DNA of 48,843 bases from an uncultured archaeon (GTDB lineage: Archaea; Thermoproteota; Bathyarchaeia; Bathyarchaeales; Bathycorpusculaceae): contig CAWENF010000015.1 of NCBI GenBank assembly GCA_963810275.1, positions 1 through 48,843 of the forward strand. Direction: 5' to 3'. Both the position numbers and the translations under genes were made by a program. The notes under the pieces are model-generated. The model saw nothing but the letters and a program-made list of their open reading frames with translations, was not told where the DNA came from and ran no database searches. Below, one piece after another: positions 28,400 to 39,065 of this stretch (positions are counted from its first letter, which is position 1; each line of letters begins with the position of its first letter).

Positions 28400-29326
28400 A
28401 TGTTAAAAGTCGGGGCTCTATGGGTTTTCCTGTTTTTCTTCTTACTAGTAGCCTCCGCCGCAGCAACACCTGTGGTGCCAACGCTTGGACCTCGAAACGT
28501 TTTCTCAGTATATGAGCAAGATGCTACCATCGTTCTGCCTGAAAACTTTTCTTGCTCACGAACAGGCATAACTTACCGCACTGTCGACTACTCCGTGGGC
28601 TCTCTCTATTCTTGGTATTTCCCCCTATTTTCAAATGGCAACGGGACCGCTGACCTTCAGGTTTCAGCCCAAAACTCCACCTTCACCATAACCTCCCTTA
28701 AAATATCCAAAGCCCCCTTAAACGGCAGCTGGTTTAACAACTCCTACAGCATTACCTGCAAAATCGACAGCAATGGCACTGCATATCTAAATGTTAATGG
28801 CTTCGACTACGCCGATATAGCTGTTTACTTTAATGGCACCGCTCATCCAACAGGTGACTCTTGGAATGTAACCGACTTCGGCATGGCCTTACAAGGACCT
28901 GCCGACATTAAAATAAAAGCGTGCAGTCAAAGTTTTGAGCCTCCCTTAACTTCAATCCAGGACGACAGACCCGTTTATGTCGGAGCTTTGGCTTTGGCCT
29001 CAGCGGGAGTTATGGCTGCTCTTGGTTTTTTCAAAATTGAACGCGACCAAAAACACAAGAAACTCTCTTCTTCAAAAGTTAGAGGTCGTTATCTAAAAGG
29101 CAGGGCTATTTTTGAAAGCTTTTTACAGTTTAGTTGTGGTAAGGTCGAATCAATGGACAGATTAACCGAATTGAGATTAGGCATCACCTGTATGTACGGT
29201 TTGTTCATTGCACTGGTTGCGCTGGGACAAGTTTGGGTAAACCCCCCTTTAACAGTAGCTGGGTTGGTTGCTTTGGCGGCTGCAGCTGTACTAACTACAT
29301 ACTACGTCGTGGAACTTGAGGATTAA
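28400..29326 (+). CDS. Exported, membrane-anchored protein (possibly fused to a separate small membrane gene)
   Basis: Signal peptide MLKVGALWVFLFFFLLVASAAA, many N-x-S/T sequons, a TM anchor, then a second 2-TM unit from ATG 29152. Confidence 0.65.
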   Translation: MLKVGALWVFLFFFLLVASAAATPVVPTLGPRNVFSVYEQDATIVLPENFSCSRTGITYRTVDYSVGSLYSWYFPLFSNGNGTADLQVSAQNSTFTITSLKISKAPLNGSWFNNSYSITCKIDSNGTAYLNVNGFDYADIAVYFNGTAHPTGDSWNVTDFGMALQGPADIKIKACSQSFEPPLTSIQDDRPVYVGALALASAGVMAALGFFKIERDQKHKKLSSSKVRGRYLKGRAIFESFLQFSCGKVESMDRLTELRLGITCMYGLFIALVALGQVWVNPPLTVAGLVALAAAAVLTTYYVVELED

Positions 29327-29354
29327 GTAGAAACCAAGTAAAGCCATAAACGAA

Positions 29355-30452
29355 ATGGCGCAATATTCTGTTGAAAAGAAACTCTGGAGCATATCTTTGA
29401 ATTTGTCCTCTAAACAAAAACGCATTGTGATAGTTGCAGTCCAAGCAGCAGTAAGCATTTTACTTCTGTACCTCCTTTTCCAAAACCTAAACCTCCAACA
29501 AGCCCAGCATATCCTCACAACCACAAATATCCCAATACTCGCCGTATCCGTGATTTTCTTTATCCTCTCATCCTTTGCCATTGGGTTAGGACTTCAAAGC
29601 GCACTAAAAGCCACTGGAACAGCGCCCCCATTCAGAAGCACTATGCTGGCTAACTTTGGGGGACAACTGTTAAGTGATGTTACCCCCGCCAAATCAGGCT
29701 ACTTTGCCACACCACTACTGCTAAACCAGATTCGAGCCGTACCCATAGAAAAAGGGCTGATGAGCGTCATGGCCGTGGGCGCAGGCAACTTTTTCGTTAA
29801 GGCAATCGTTTCATCGCTGGCGCTTCTCTACTTCCTCTACCGCATACCCGCAGCTGTCATGGATTTCACCATAACCAATGCGCTAATCTTGGGCATCGTG
29901 ATTTTGCTTGTTTGCGGCGTAGCCTTAACAGTGCTTGTCTGGACCAACTACTTGTCGGGGCTGCTGCAAAAACTCTGCCACATACCCCTAATCGGAAAAG
30001 TTATACGAAAACTAGAAGAAATTAGAACAATGTTTTCAAGAGACCAGGCAGCAATGCGTAGATCCCTCCCCGTCATCGTTGCCTCTGTTTTGGGCTCCGT
30101 AATCTTTAGCGGGATATCCCTTTATCTTTTGGCAAATGCCATAGGCATGACTGAACCTACCTTAGTGGACTACCTATTTATGGGCCCTTTAACAGCCGCC
30201 TTCATGTACGTACCTATAACCTTTGCAGGTTTGGGATTACAGGAAGCAGCCTACGTGTTCCTCCTAACAGGCATAAGTAGTGAGCCCACTGTGATTTTGC
30301 CGTTTGCAGTCACTTTTGCCCTACTGGTCCGTTTGATAGCTGTTACAACTGACCTTATTGGTTTGCCGCCGGTGCTTAAAACAAGCGGCAACATGCTAAG
30401 CGGGTTTGGCAGCAAAAAACAATCTTTTCCTGAATCCTCTAACGAGGTGTAA
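29355..30452 (+). CDS. Lysylphosphatidylglycerol-synthase TM / flippase-like membrane protein
   Basis: Multi-TM protein with TPAKSG, PITFAGLGLQEA and LLVR motifs. Confidence 0.85.
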   Translation: MAQYSVEKKLWSISLNLSSKQKRIVIVAVQAAVSILLLYLLFQNLNLQQAQHILTTTNIPILAVSVIFFILSSFAIGLGLQSALKATGTAPPFRSTMLANFGGQLLSDVTPAKSGYFATPLLLNQIRAVPIEKGLMSVMAVGAGNFFVKAIVSSLALLYFLYRIPAAVMDFTITNALILGIVILLVCGVALTVLVWTNYLSGLLQKLCHIPLIGKVIRKLEEIRTMFSRDQAAMRRSLPVIVASVLGSVIFSGISLYLLANAIGMTEPTLVDYLFMGPLTAAFMYVPITFAGLGLQEAAYVFLLTGISSEPTVILPFAVTFALLVRLIAVTTDLIGLPPVLKTSGNMLSGFGSKKQSFPESSNEV

Positions 30453-30471
30453 CCCTCAAGCTTATCTGGTT

Positions 30472-30903
30472 TTAAGTTTCCACAATTAGAGTCAAAATAA
30501 CGTGTTGATCTGGATTTTTTAGTTTCTCCACAACTCCTCTTGAGAGGTCACCAGATGATTTATCCGCCTTTAAAGCTAAGGTTCTATCTGAAATAAATTC
30601 GCTTTTCCTTATAACCAGATCGTTCGGATGATTCAGAGATAGCTGTGGAGAACCAAAAGCATTTACCTGTCCAACTAACCCATCCACTTCAATCTGGATA
30701 GTTAATTTGGCGTTTGGCTGTCGCATGGCATCCTTGAATTCTTTGCTTAAGTCAGCCACTGACTTATCCGCAGCTACCGCCACGACGCAGTCGCCTCTTT
30801 TTGTAACCTGCCTCTCTTTGGTGAACATAATTGTGGTTGGATGACTTGAACGAATATTTGGGTGTCCAAATGCATGAATGACTTCAATAACTTTCTTTGA
30901 CAC
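30472..30903 (-). CDS. DUF371-family protein
   Basis: GHPNI.S.H.TT..FTKE...T.RGDC, VIRKS.F...RTL...ADK. Confidence 0.88.
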   Translation of the reverse strand: MSKKVIEVIHAFGHPNIRSSHPTTIMFTKERQVTKRGDCVVAVAADKSVADLSKEFKDAMRQPNAKLTIQIEVDGLVGQVNAFGSPQLSLNHPNDLVIRKSEFISDRTLALKADKSSGDLSRGVVEKLKNPDQHVILTLIVET

Positions 30904-30905
30904 AA

Positions 30906-31868
30906 CTACTCACGTACCTCAATTGAATCCACTTTGCCATCGCCGTCCAAATCGTAGCCTGCAATAACTACAGCGAAAGTGTCTTCATCCTTATACTTTT
31001 CTAAGGTTTTCTTCCAAAAATTCGTAAGGGCAATAACGCAGGCTTTAGTTCCAACCGCCTTGTTGCCCGCCAAAACTAAAATGCGTTTACTGCTGTCCCA
31101 TGGATTCACAATTTTCGCAATCACCCCAGAAGTATCTAACACGTAGGTTTGTTTCGTCTTCTCCGAAGACAACCCGCCCAGCATGAAGCCCTGCTCAGAC
31201 GAATGCATAATGAACTTTATGGGTAGGTACTCGTTGATTTCCTGCGTTAACAAATTAGTGCCAGGACCGCCGACTAAGATAAGGTTGTTTTTCTCCTCCT
31301 TTTCCGCCTTCACGTCCACGTCAAGCTTTACGACGAACTCGCTGGGCATCGTAGAGAACTGCCCCAGAAACAACGCCAAATGCGCTGCATAGTGGCCGTC
31401 TCGTGCGCTGGTTTTGAATGGTCCGTGTGGCTGGGGGCTGCCGACAACAATTTTGCCGTCAAACATTCCTTCATTTATGAACTCGTCGAAGAACCCTGCG
31501 AGGTTGCCGCTTAAGTTGGGGAGGCAGAGGTTTTTTATGGGTTTGTACCCCCCGGCGAACTCTATGCCGAATGCTGGGGAGACAGTTTTGTAGTATTTTG
31601 CAATGGGGCCTTTCTTTTTTTCTTGATGGACCACTTGGATGGCTCCTGCTTGTGCGAGTTTTCTTATGTGGTAGTAGACTTTTTGTTCTTGCATGCCGAG
31701 TTGTTTTGCGATTTCTAGAGGGTACATTTCTTTTTCTTGGAGCATGCATAGGATTTTCCAGCTTAGGGGGCCTAGCATCGTTTTGAGTTTTTGGCTGTCT
31801 TGGGTGATGCTGATGTCTTTGACTGTTTGGGTTTTGCCGTTTTCTTGGAGGAGCAGTTTTTTCTTCAT
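30906..31868 (-). CDS. ArsR-like HTH regulator with a C-terminal putative sensor domain
   Basis: HTH (YPLEIAKQLG..EQKVYYHIRKL), VVGSP.PHGP, NLILVGGPGTN, C-terminal DLDGDGKVD. Confidence 0.8.
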   Translation of the reverse strand: MKKKLLLQENGKTQTVKDISITQDSQKLKTMLGPLSWKILCMLQEKEMYPLEIAKQLGMQEQKVYYHIRKLAQAGAIQVVHQEKKKGPIAKYYKTVSPAFGIEFAGGYKPIKNLCLPNLSGNLAGFFDEFINEGMFDGKIVVGSPQPHGPFKTSARDGHYAAHLALFLGQFSTMPSEFVVKLDVDVKAEKEEKNNLILVGGPGTNLLTQEINEYLPIKFIMHSSEQGFMLGGLSSEKTKQTYVLDTSGVIAKIVNPWDSSKRILVLAGNKAVGTKACVIALTNFWKKTLEKYKDEDTFAVVIAGYDLDGDGKVDSIEVRE

Positions 31869-32102
31869 GGCGAGTCTATTAGGGGTTAGAACTGTTGTAC
31901 TATAAAAAATTTATTTATAATACCATTTGTTTGGGGAGCAAAGCAAGCGCTTTTTTACGTACCTGACTTGGGTCAAATTACAAACCATCCCAAAAAAAGT
32001 TTGCAGTTGTTGAATTGATATTTAACAAATCCTTATTACCGATGCAAAACCAACCATTACCAAATTGGATAAACGTATATTTGGAAGGATAGTCAGAGAG
32101 CA

Positions 32103-33933
32103 ATGTGTGGAATTTTTGGTTGTGTTTTAAACGAAGGATCCGCAGCACCCCTCATACACTCATCCCTTAAACGGCTCGAGTACCGCGGATACGACTCAGT
32201 AGGCATCGCGACACTACTCGATGGCGAAATTTCAATAAAAAAAGATCAAGGTAAAATTGACGAAGTAAACAATATCCTAAACCTAGATGATTTGCCTGGA
32301 CAAATCGGCATCGGGCATACCCGCTGGGCAACCCACGGGGCCCCTCTGAAGGAGAACAGTCACCCCCATACCGACTGCACAGGTGAAATCGTACTTGTCC
32401 ACAACGGCATCATCGAAAACTTTCTTGAATTAAAAGCTGAGCTTGCAAAACCTTGGCCATACATTTATCTCCAAAACCGACACCGAAGTTATGGCGCACC
32501 TCATTGAGGAAGTCCTAAAAAAGAATCCCGACCTGAGTTTCCAGCAAGCCGTCTTGGAAAGTCTCAAACGCATCGAAGGCTCCTACGCGTTTGCCATACT
32601 CTCAACCAGAGAACCCGACAAAATTATCTGTGCCAGAAACGAAAGCCCCCTTGTCTTGGGAGTAAACCACCACGGGGTCTTTTGTGCATCAGATATCCCT
32701 GCCTTTTTGGAGGTTACCAACAAGGCTGTTTTGATTAACAACGGCGAACTCGTCGTTTTAACCGCTGGCGGTTACGAGATTAAGAAAATCAGCGATGGCA
32801 GCTCAGTCACCCGGGAGCCTTTCATTGTGGAGTGGAGCTCGGAGATGGCTGAAAAGCAAGGCTACCCGCACTTTATGATTAAGGAAATCCATGAGCAACC
32901 CGCAGTGCTGCGAAACACTTTACGTATTCAGGATCACTACTTGGATTTGCTCACGACTTTTCTTGATCGCGCCAAAGAGGTGTTTATGGTGGCGTGCGGA
33001 ACAAGCTACCACGCCTGCCTCGCAGCGTCCTATATGTTCTCTAAGCTGGCTTTTCTACCCACATACCCAGTGTATGCCTCTGAGTTCATTGAGCAGCATG
33101 GCAAATCGGTGAGCATAGACAGCACCATTCTTGCGGTGAGCCAGTCAGGTGAAACCGCCGACACGCTGGCAGCCGTAACCTGCGCCCAGCAGCGCGCCGC
33201 AACCATCCTCGGATTAACCAACGCCATCGGCTCCAGCTTGACCCGTGTCAGCCGCGTCTACATCGGCACCCAGGCCGGTCCCGAAATCGGCGTTGCGGCA
33301 ACCAAAACTTTCACGTCGCAGCTGTCGGTTTTGGCGCAGTTGGCTCTTCGGCTTTCTAAGAAGCGAGGTAAAATCTCGCAGGATGAGATGGACTGCTTAG
33401 AAGAGAAGTTGCAGTTGCTTCCCGACTACGTCGACACAATCGTGAAGGCGCAGGAAGAGAAAATTAAGCAAATCGCCAAAAAATATAGTCACTGCGCTGT
33501 GTTCTTCTTTTTGGGCAGAGGCATATCCACTTCCACCGCTTTTGAAGGACGATTGAAGCTTATGGAAATCGCCTACATCCCGTCTATTGCGTTTCCGGCG
33601 GGCGAAAGCAAGCATGGTCCCATCAGCCTGATCGAGGACGGGTTCCCAGTTGTGTTTGCCTGCCCCAAGGACGATACTCACAAAACGGTGATTGGCAACA
33701 TTATGGAGATGAAAGCCCGCGGCGCCCACATAATAGCCATAATCGAGGAAGGCGACCAAGCCATCAAGGAGTTGGCTGACGACTACATCGAGGTGCCTAA
33801 AGGTATTCCGAGCGTGATTTCGCCTATTCCGTTTGTGGTTCCATTACAATTGTTGGCGTATTATACGTCGCTTGAGAAGGGTCGTAACCCTGACATGCCC
33901 CGGAACTTGGCGAAGTCGGTTACAGTAAAGTAA
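32103..33933 (+). CDS. glmS: Glutamine-fructose-6-phosphate aminotransferase, with one apparent frameshift near 32445
   Basis: [30 protein letters not shown], then [18 protein letters not shown] and [10 protein letters not shown] in the next frame. Confidence 0.95.
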
Positions 33934-34121
33934 CCAATCTCTTTTTCCCTTTTGTTTTATTTAATCTATATGTTAAGATGAGTGACTTACATCTTCCAGA
34001 CATAATTTCGCCAGAAATCATATTCAAACACTGCGCTCGGTGCGGTCACCCAAGAGGCAGCCACAGAAACGACCAAGAATGCCAAGTCGTCGGCTGCAAC
34101 TGCAAATACTTCGAGTAGCCG

Positions 34122-35153
34122 CTACCCGAACCATTTCTCCAAGGAAACTTTTCCCTTCGCCTTCTTGGTGCCAGCAGTCATGCGTTCCACCGTTTTGCGG
34201 ACGCGTTCCTCGCCAAACTCCTTCTCCGAAGACATGAACTCTATGAGTCCTGCTTCGCTGGGCGCTTTCCATTCCAGCACATAATCGTCGGTGACTTTTG
34301 GGTGCAAAAACTCTTCCCGAATAAGCTGGGGGTCGCAGGGGAAAGTGGGTGGGGTCTTCATGAATGGGATGGCTTTCTCGATGCATCCGTGCGTTTTTAT
34401 GAGTTTGAGGGCGGTTTTTGGTCCGACTCCTTCGATGCCGTTGGGGTTAAAGTCCGTGCCGATGAGGATGCCCACGTCGATTAGTTGTTCAAGGCTGAGT
34501 TCGCATTCGCCCAGCGCCTCTTTGAGTTCAACCACTTCGGGAACGACCTCAATGAATGCTTTGCCCCTTCGGCGTCGCCCCGAGATGGTGACGTTTCGCA
34601 GAAGCTTTGGTGCCCCAAACAGCAGGCTGTCATAGTCCTGGCTTGCACAATAATCCGCTTCGCCCACCCTGTTCATGTGGGCGGCTTGGGCTTCGCCTTC
34701 GCTGGGAGCCTGAATCCACGGCAAACCCATCAAATCCAGCAGTTTTTTGCTTTCAGGCACCATGTAGGGCTTCATGGTGGCAGTCATCTGGGCGAACTGC
34801 CGCATCTTGGCGGTGTCGCCGACTTTTTTAGCCTCTGCATACTTCACTGTGGCTTCGGCTTTGATTTGATGGCGACGCTCGACTTCTTTTGCTTTGAGTT
34901 CGGGGGCTTTGCCGTCGAAAACGTAAACGGGTTTTATACCCATTTCCACGAGGTTGGTGGTGCGGTATAGCAGTCCTGAGAGGTGGCTTGTGATTTCGTC
35001 TTTGCTGTTTTTGAGCGGGGTGCCATCAGGTTGCCTGATAATGCTGAGGAACTGGTAGATCGTGTTGTATGCGTCGATGGCGATGACTTTGCCGCCTAAG
35101 TCATCGAGTTTAACGGGGGTTTTAGGGATTAAGTCTTTGAAATTTACGCCCAA
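34122..35153 (-). CDS. fen: Flap endonuclease 1
   Basis: IDAYN..YQFL, SHLSG, VFDG, APSEGEAQA, SQDYDSLLFG, GTDFN, PIP-box-like SLEKWF. Confidence 0.96.
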   Translation of the reverse strand: MGVNFKDLIPKTPVKLDDLGGKVIAIDAYNTIYQFLSIIRQPDGTPLKNSKDEITSHLSGLLYRTTNLVEMGIKPVYVFDGKAPELKAKEVERRHQIKAEATVKYAEAKKVGDTAKMRQFAQMTATMKPYMVPESKKLLDLMGLPWIQAPSEGEAQAAHMNRVGEADYCASQDYDSLLFGAPKLLRNVTISGRRRRGKAFIEVVPEVVELKEALGECELSLEQLIDVGILIGTDFNPNGIEGVGPKTALKLIKTHGCIEKAIPFMKTPPTFPCDPQLIREEFLHPKVTDDYVLEWKAPSEAGLIEFMSSEKEFGEERVRKTVERMTAGTKKAKGKVSLEKWFG

Positions 35154-35741
35154 AAAAGGACACCATAAAGTAGGATAGGAAAACGCAAGTTTAAAGATGT
35201 TTGCGAATCGGAGAACAGGCTATTTTTTGTATTAGCCTCCAATTTTGTTCCAGAAGTAGCTGCATTCATCTTTTGCATACTCATTAAGGCCCGATTGTCG
35301 CCGAAGAATCTGCAGCAGTCTACCTTTCTCTGGGTTAAGAGTGAATACACATCTGGCTGTGTCTCGTTGAGGTCCATAATCAGCGGTGGCTCGGTTAAGT
35401 TCGGTTTTCTATGTTAAACAACTGTGGTCTTGTGATTTTGGGGAAAACACAACATGGCACACAGGAATAATCGGGTGTTTTTATGCAGTTGTGAATGGGA
35501 ACTTTGTTGCCATCCCTTGTCAAAAAACAAAACAGTCCGAATACAAAAAGCAGTTTCCGATGCTAACAGTCTCATGAGCCAGGATTTGCAACGCCAACAT
35601 AATTTGAGAAAACAAAAATCAGCAAGACCCTAAAAATCTCAAGCCATTACCTTCAGCCGTTTTTCAGTCTTTACTGAGTTTTCTAGGCATAGCAGATATA
35701 AGGAAGCCCAACAACTATTTCGACAAAGAAGTGTCACAGTC

Positions 35742-35921
35742 ATGTCAGAAAAACTGTCCTTAGTCACATGCACAAGCTGCGGCAAACCAATTCCGCCTGG
35801 CAGCGAATCTACAAAATTCCTTTGCCCAAACTGCGGCGAAATTCAAATCAAAAGAGACGGGAAATGCCGCAAATTCGGCAGACTCTATAGATGCCCCAAA
35901 TGTGGCTTCCAAGGGCCATAA
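35742..35921 (+). CDS. 59-aa double zinc-ribbon protein (DUF1610/HVO_2753-like)
   Basis: CTSC, CPNC, DGKC and CPKC motifs, ending GFQGP, directly upstream of EF-1beta (conserved archaeal arrangement). Not in the ORF track. Confidence 0.9.
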   Translation: MSEKLSLVTCTSCGKPIPPGSESTKFLCPNCGEIQIKRDGKCRKFGRLYRCPKCGFQGP

Positions 35922-35932
35922 GGTGAATATTA

Positions 35933-36211
35933 ATGGGTGCAATCTTAGTTGTCTACAAAGTTTTCCCTGAAGATATTATCGAAGACTTCGAACCCCTAAA
36001 AGCTAAAGTCAAAGCCATACTTCCAGCCTCAAGCGCAGTTGAAGGCTGGGGTACTGAAGACGTCGCTTTCGGGCTCAAAGCACTCCTAGTTCAGATACGC
36101 TTCCCTGAAGACCAAAGCGGCATAGTTGATGAATTCGAGCAGGCACTCGCCAAAATCCCCGGTGTAAGCCAAGCAGAAGCCTTCAACATCCGCAGAACAA
36201 GCCGCGACTAA
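35933..36211 (+). CDS. ef1b: Translation elongation factor 1-beta
   Basis: KVFPE...VAFGLKAL...IPGVSQAE, with a GGTGA SD. Confidence 0.92.
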   Translation: MGAILVVYKVFPEDIIEDFEPLKAKVKAILPASSAVEGWGTEDVAFGLKALLVQIRFPEDQSGIVDEFEQALAKIPGVSQAEAFNIRRTSRD

Positions 36212-36351
36212 GCGGTTTCACCCCAACTTTAACCCAATCTTTTCTTAAAATTTAGTATTTGATTGTTTTTTAGGCTACGCTTTAAAGTTTATATATCAAT
36301 CCGTTCTTTTTCAAACACACACCACGTGTTAAGTTATCTGGAGAATTATTA

Positions 36352-38523
36352 ATGAGTGAAGTTCAACTGCGCGTCGGAGACGCAAGACAAAGAGATGTCG
36401 GCAGAGGAATCGCCCGCATCGACCAACGCACCATGCAGAAGCTAGGCATAAGTGCTGGAGACGTCATCGAAATCGTTAACAAACGCACCACAAGCGCCAT
36501 CGCTTGGCCAGCATACAGTGAAGATCAAAACCGCGACGTCATCCGTATCGACGGGTTCACACGCAAAAACAGCGGCGTAGCAATAAACGAGTACGTGGTG
36601 GTCAGACCGGCAAAAGTCAAAACCGCTCTTTCGCTGACACTAGCGCCGGTGGATATGCGCCTCAACGTGGACGAAGACTTTACAAACTTTGTCAAAAACC
36701 GCCTTATGGAACGCACACTTGTCGAAGGCGACACCACACTCGTAATGATGCTTGGACACGCAATCCCCTTCACAGTCTCTAAAACCCGGCCTCACGGCAT
36801 CATAAAAGTCACAACCGAAACTCGCCTAACAATCTTAAACGAACCGGCACCCGAAGGCAAAGGTCTCCCCCGGACCAACTATGAAGACATCGGTGGACTA
36901 CATGAGGAAATCCAGCGTGTTCGAGAAATGGTCGAGTTGCCTCTGCGACACCCTGAACTGTTCCAACGCTTAGGAATCGAGCCTCCAAAAGGTGTGTTGC
37001 TTCATGGTCCTCCTGGCTGCGGAAAAACCCTGCTTGCAAGAGCGGTGGCTAACGAGTCCGAAGCCAACTTTTACAGTATCAACGGACCCGAAATCATGAG
37101 CAAATTCTATGGGGAATCCGAAGCACGCCTACGAGAAATCTTCCAGCAAGCCCAGCAGAACGCACCCAGCATCATATTCGTGGACGAATTGGATGCAATC
37201 GCACCAAAACGAGAGGAAGTCACAGGCGAAGTCGAAAGACGGGTCGTGGCACAACTACTAGCTTTAATGGATGGGCTTTCTGGCAGAGGTAACGTCATAG
37301 TCATCGGAGCAACCAACCGCCCAGGTGCACTTGACCCAGCGTTGCGTCGTCCAGGACGGTTTGACCGAGAAATTGAAATTAGCGTACCCGACAAGCAGGG
37401 AAGACACGAAGTGCTTCAAATCCATACCCGAGGCATGCCCCTCTCAGAGGACGTGGACTTAAACAAATTGTCTGGCATGACTCATGGCTACACAGGTGCA
37501 GACCTCTCTGCTTTGGGCAGGGAGACCGCCATGAAAGCGCTCCGCAGATACCTTCCACAAATCAACCTTGAAGAGGAGCGCATCCCGCCTTCAGTACTTG
37601 AAAAGATGGAGGTCACCATGGACGACTTCGTTGGAGCCTTCAAAGAAGTCACCCCGACTGCAATGCGTGAAGTCTACATAGAAGTGTCCACCGTGCACTG
37701 GGAAGACGCAGGTGGGCTTGACGACGTGAAACAGCACTTAAAAGAAGCTGTTGAATGGCCTCTTAAAAACCCCGAAATGTTTACCCGATTGGGTATTCGT
37801 CCACCGAGGGGTATCTTGATGTATGGTCCTCCTGGCTGCGGAAAAACCCTGCTTGCAAGAGCAGTCGCAACTGAATCCGAAGCTAATTTCATATCCATCA
37901 AAGGCCCCGAAGTGTTCAGTAAGTGGGTGGGTGAATCTGAGAAAGCCATTCGCGAAGTGTTCCGTAAAGCCCGCATGGCATCGCCCGCAGTCATATTCCT
38001 TGATGAAATAGATTCGTTGACGCCCCGGCGCGGTATGGGTATGAGTGACAGCGGCGTTTCTGAACGTGTTATTAGCCAGCTTTTGACTGAGATGGACGGC
38101 CTCACTTCATTGCAAGATATAGTTGTTATTGCTGCGACTAACCGCCCAGACATGGTTGACGGCGCCGTACTACGGCCCGGCAGATTCGATCGCCTCATAT
38201 ACGTGCCCGAACCCGACGAAAAAAGCCGCCAAGCTATATTGCAGCTCTACACAAAAAACATGCCGCTTGGCAGCGACGTTGACATACACCAACTTGCCAC
38301 GATGACCAAGTACTACAGCGGTGCCGACATCGAATCACTATGCCGCGAAGCAGCCATGCACTCACTGCGTCGAGACGTGAACACAAACCAAGTCGGAATG
38401 AAAGACTTCTTGGATGCTTTGAAGGAGATGGGTCCATCAATCACACCTGACATGGAGAAATGGTACAAGAGCTTCATGCAGCAAATCCGACAAGTACAAA
38501 AACCAGCAACACCAGTAGCATAA
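36352..38523 (+). CDS. cdc48: CDC48/VCP-like AAA+ ATPase
   Basis: N domain, two GPPGCGKT Walker A motifs, DELD/DEID Walker B motifs, RPGRFDR. Confidence 0.97.
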   Translation: MSEVQLRVGDARQRDVGRGIARIDQRTMQKLGISAGDVIEIVNKRTTSAIAWPAYSEDQNRDVIRIDGFTRKNSGVAINEYVVVRPAKVKTALSLTLAPVDMRLNVDEDFTNFVKNRLMERTLVEGDTTLVMMLGHAIPFTVSKTRPHGIIKVTTETRLTILNEPAPEGKGLPRTNYEDIGGLHEEIQRVREMVELPLRHPELFQRLGIEPPKGVLLHGPPGCGKTLLARAVANESEANFYSINGPEIMSKFYGESEARLREIFQQAQQNAPSIIFVDELDAIAPKREEVTGEVERRVVAQLLALMDGLSGRGNVIVIGATNRPGALDPALRRPGRFDREIEISVPDKQGRHEVLQIHTRGMPLSEDVDLNKLSGMTHGYTGADLSALGRETAMKALRRYLPQINLEEERIPPSVLEKMEVTMDDFVGAFKEVTPTAMREVYIEVSTVHWEDAGGLDDVKQHLKEAVEWPLKNPEMFTRLGIRPPRGILMYGPPGCGKTLLARAVATESEANFISIKGPEVFSKWVGESEKAIREVFRKARMASPAVIFLDEIDSLTPRRGMGMSDSGVSERVISQLLTEMDGLTSLQDIVVIAATNRPDMVDGAVLRPGRFDRLIYVPEPDEKSRQAILQLYTKNMPLGSDVDIHQLATMTKYYSGADIESLCREAAMHSLRRDVNTNQVGMKDFLDALKEMGPSITPDMEKWYKSFMQQIRQVQKPATPVA
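37004..37862 (+). repeat. Exact 40-bp direct repeat (37004-37043 and 37823-37862)
   Basis: ATGGTCCTCCTGGCTGCGGAAAAACCCTGCTTGCAAGAGC occurs at both Walker A loops, 819 bp apart. Confidence 0.9.
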
Positions 38524-38548
38524 CCAAACAGAAGGAAAAGGAAACACT

Positions 38549-38776
38549 ATGCCACAAATGAAAACTTGGAAAACCCGTCCAGCCTACTTCTATTTAATGG
38601 AAGTGCTAAACAAGAAAGGTGACATGACCGACGATGATCTATTTGACCAAATGCGTGATGAATACGAGGATTTAGGCTACAAAGACTTCAACAATCTGCT
38701 GTTAAAGCTGGAGATAAGCGGTAAAGTCCGCGTTTCATCCATGGCTAGGGGTAAACGACGCATCGAAGTCGTTTAG
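38549..38776 (+). CDS. Small winged-helix protein
   Basis: Three helices plus a beta wing (LLKLEISGKVRV...KRRIEVV), directly after cdc48. Confidence 0.75.
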   Translation: MPQMKTWKTRPAYFYLMEVLNKKGDMTDDDLFDQMRDEYEDLGYKDFNNLLLKLEISGKVRVSSMARGKRRIEVV

Positions 38777-39065
38777 TATACTCCTCTTCTTTCTCCCCTT
38801 TTCGATTTAGCTACCTCTTGTTCTGTTGCCTTCCATTAAAGTGCTAAATTGTTTTTTTATCTTCATGTAAGTTTGGGGTGCAGCTCCGTTTTTGGTTTAC
38901 AGCGTTTCCCAACGGACCTGGTTTGGTGTGCTGACAGTTTTTCCTTCACAAGAATATATGGAAACAGCCGATTACACATGTGGCAGTAAATACCTCACGC
39001 TACACAGCAGCAAATAAGGCAACACAAATCAACCCCGCCCAATATACACAGTAAAGGTAAAACCT

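Noticed and set aside
32440-32452. Programmed frameshift in glmS
   Set aside because: No canonical slippery heptamer or downstream structure, and the window has many similar indels, so sequence error is more likely.
35160-35700. Short ORFs between fen and the Zn-ribbon gene
   Set aside because: Stops in all frames and no recognisable motif. Probably intergenic or decayed DNA.
38780-39060. Possible Zn-ribbon remnant (CHMC) on the minus strand
   Set aside because: No start codon and no second Cys pair.
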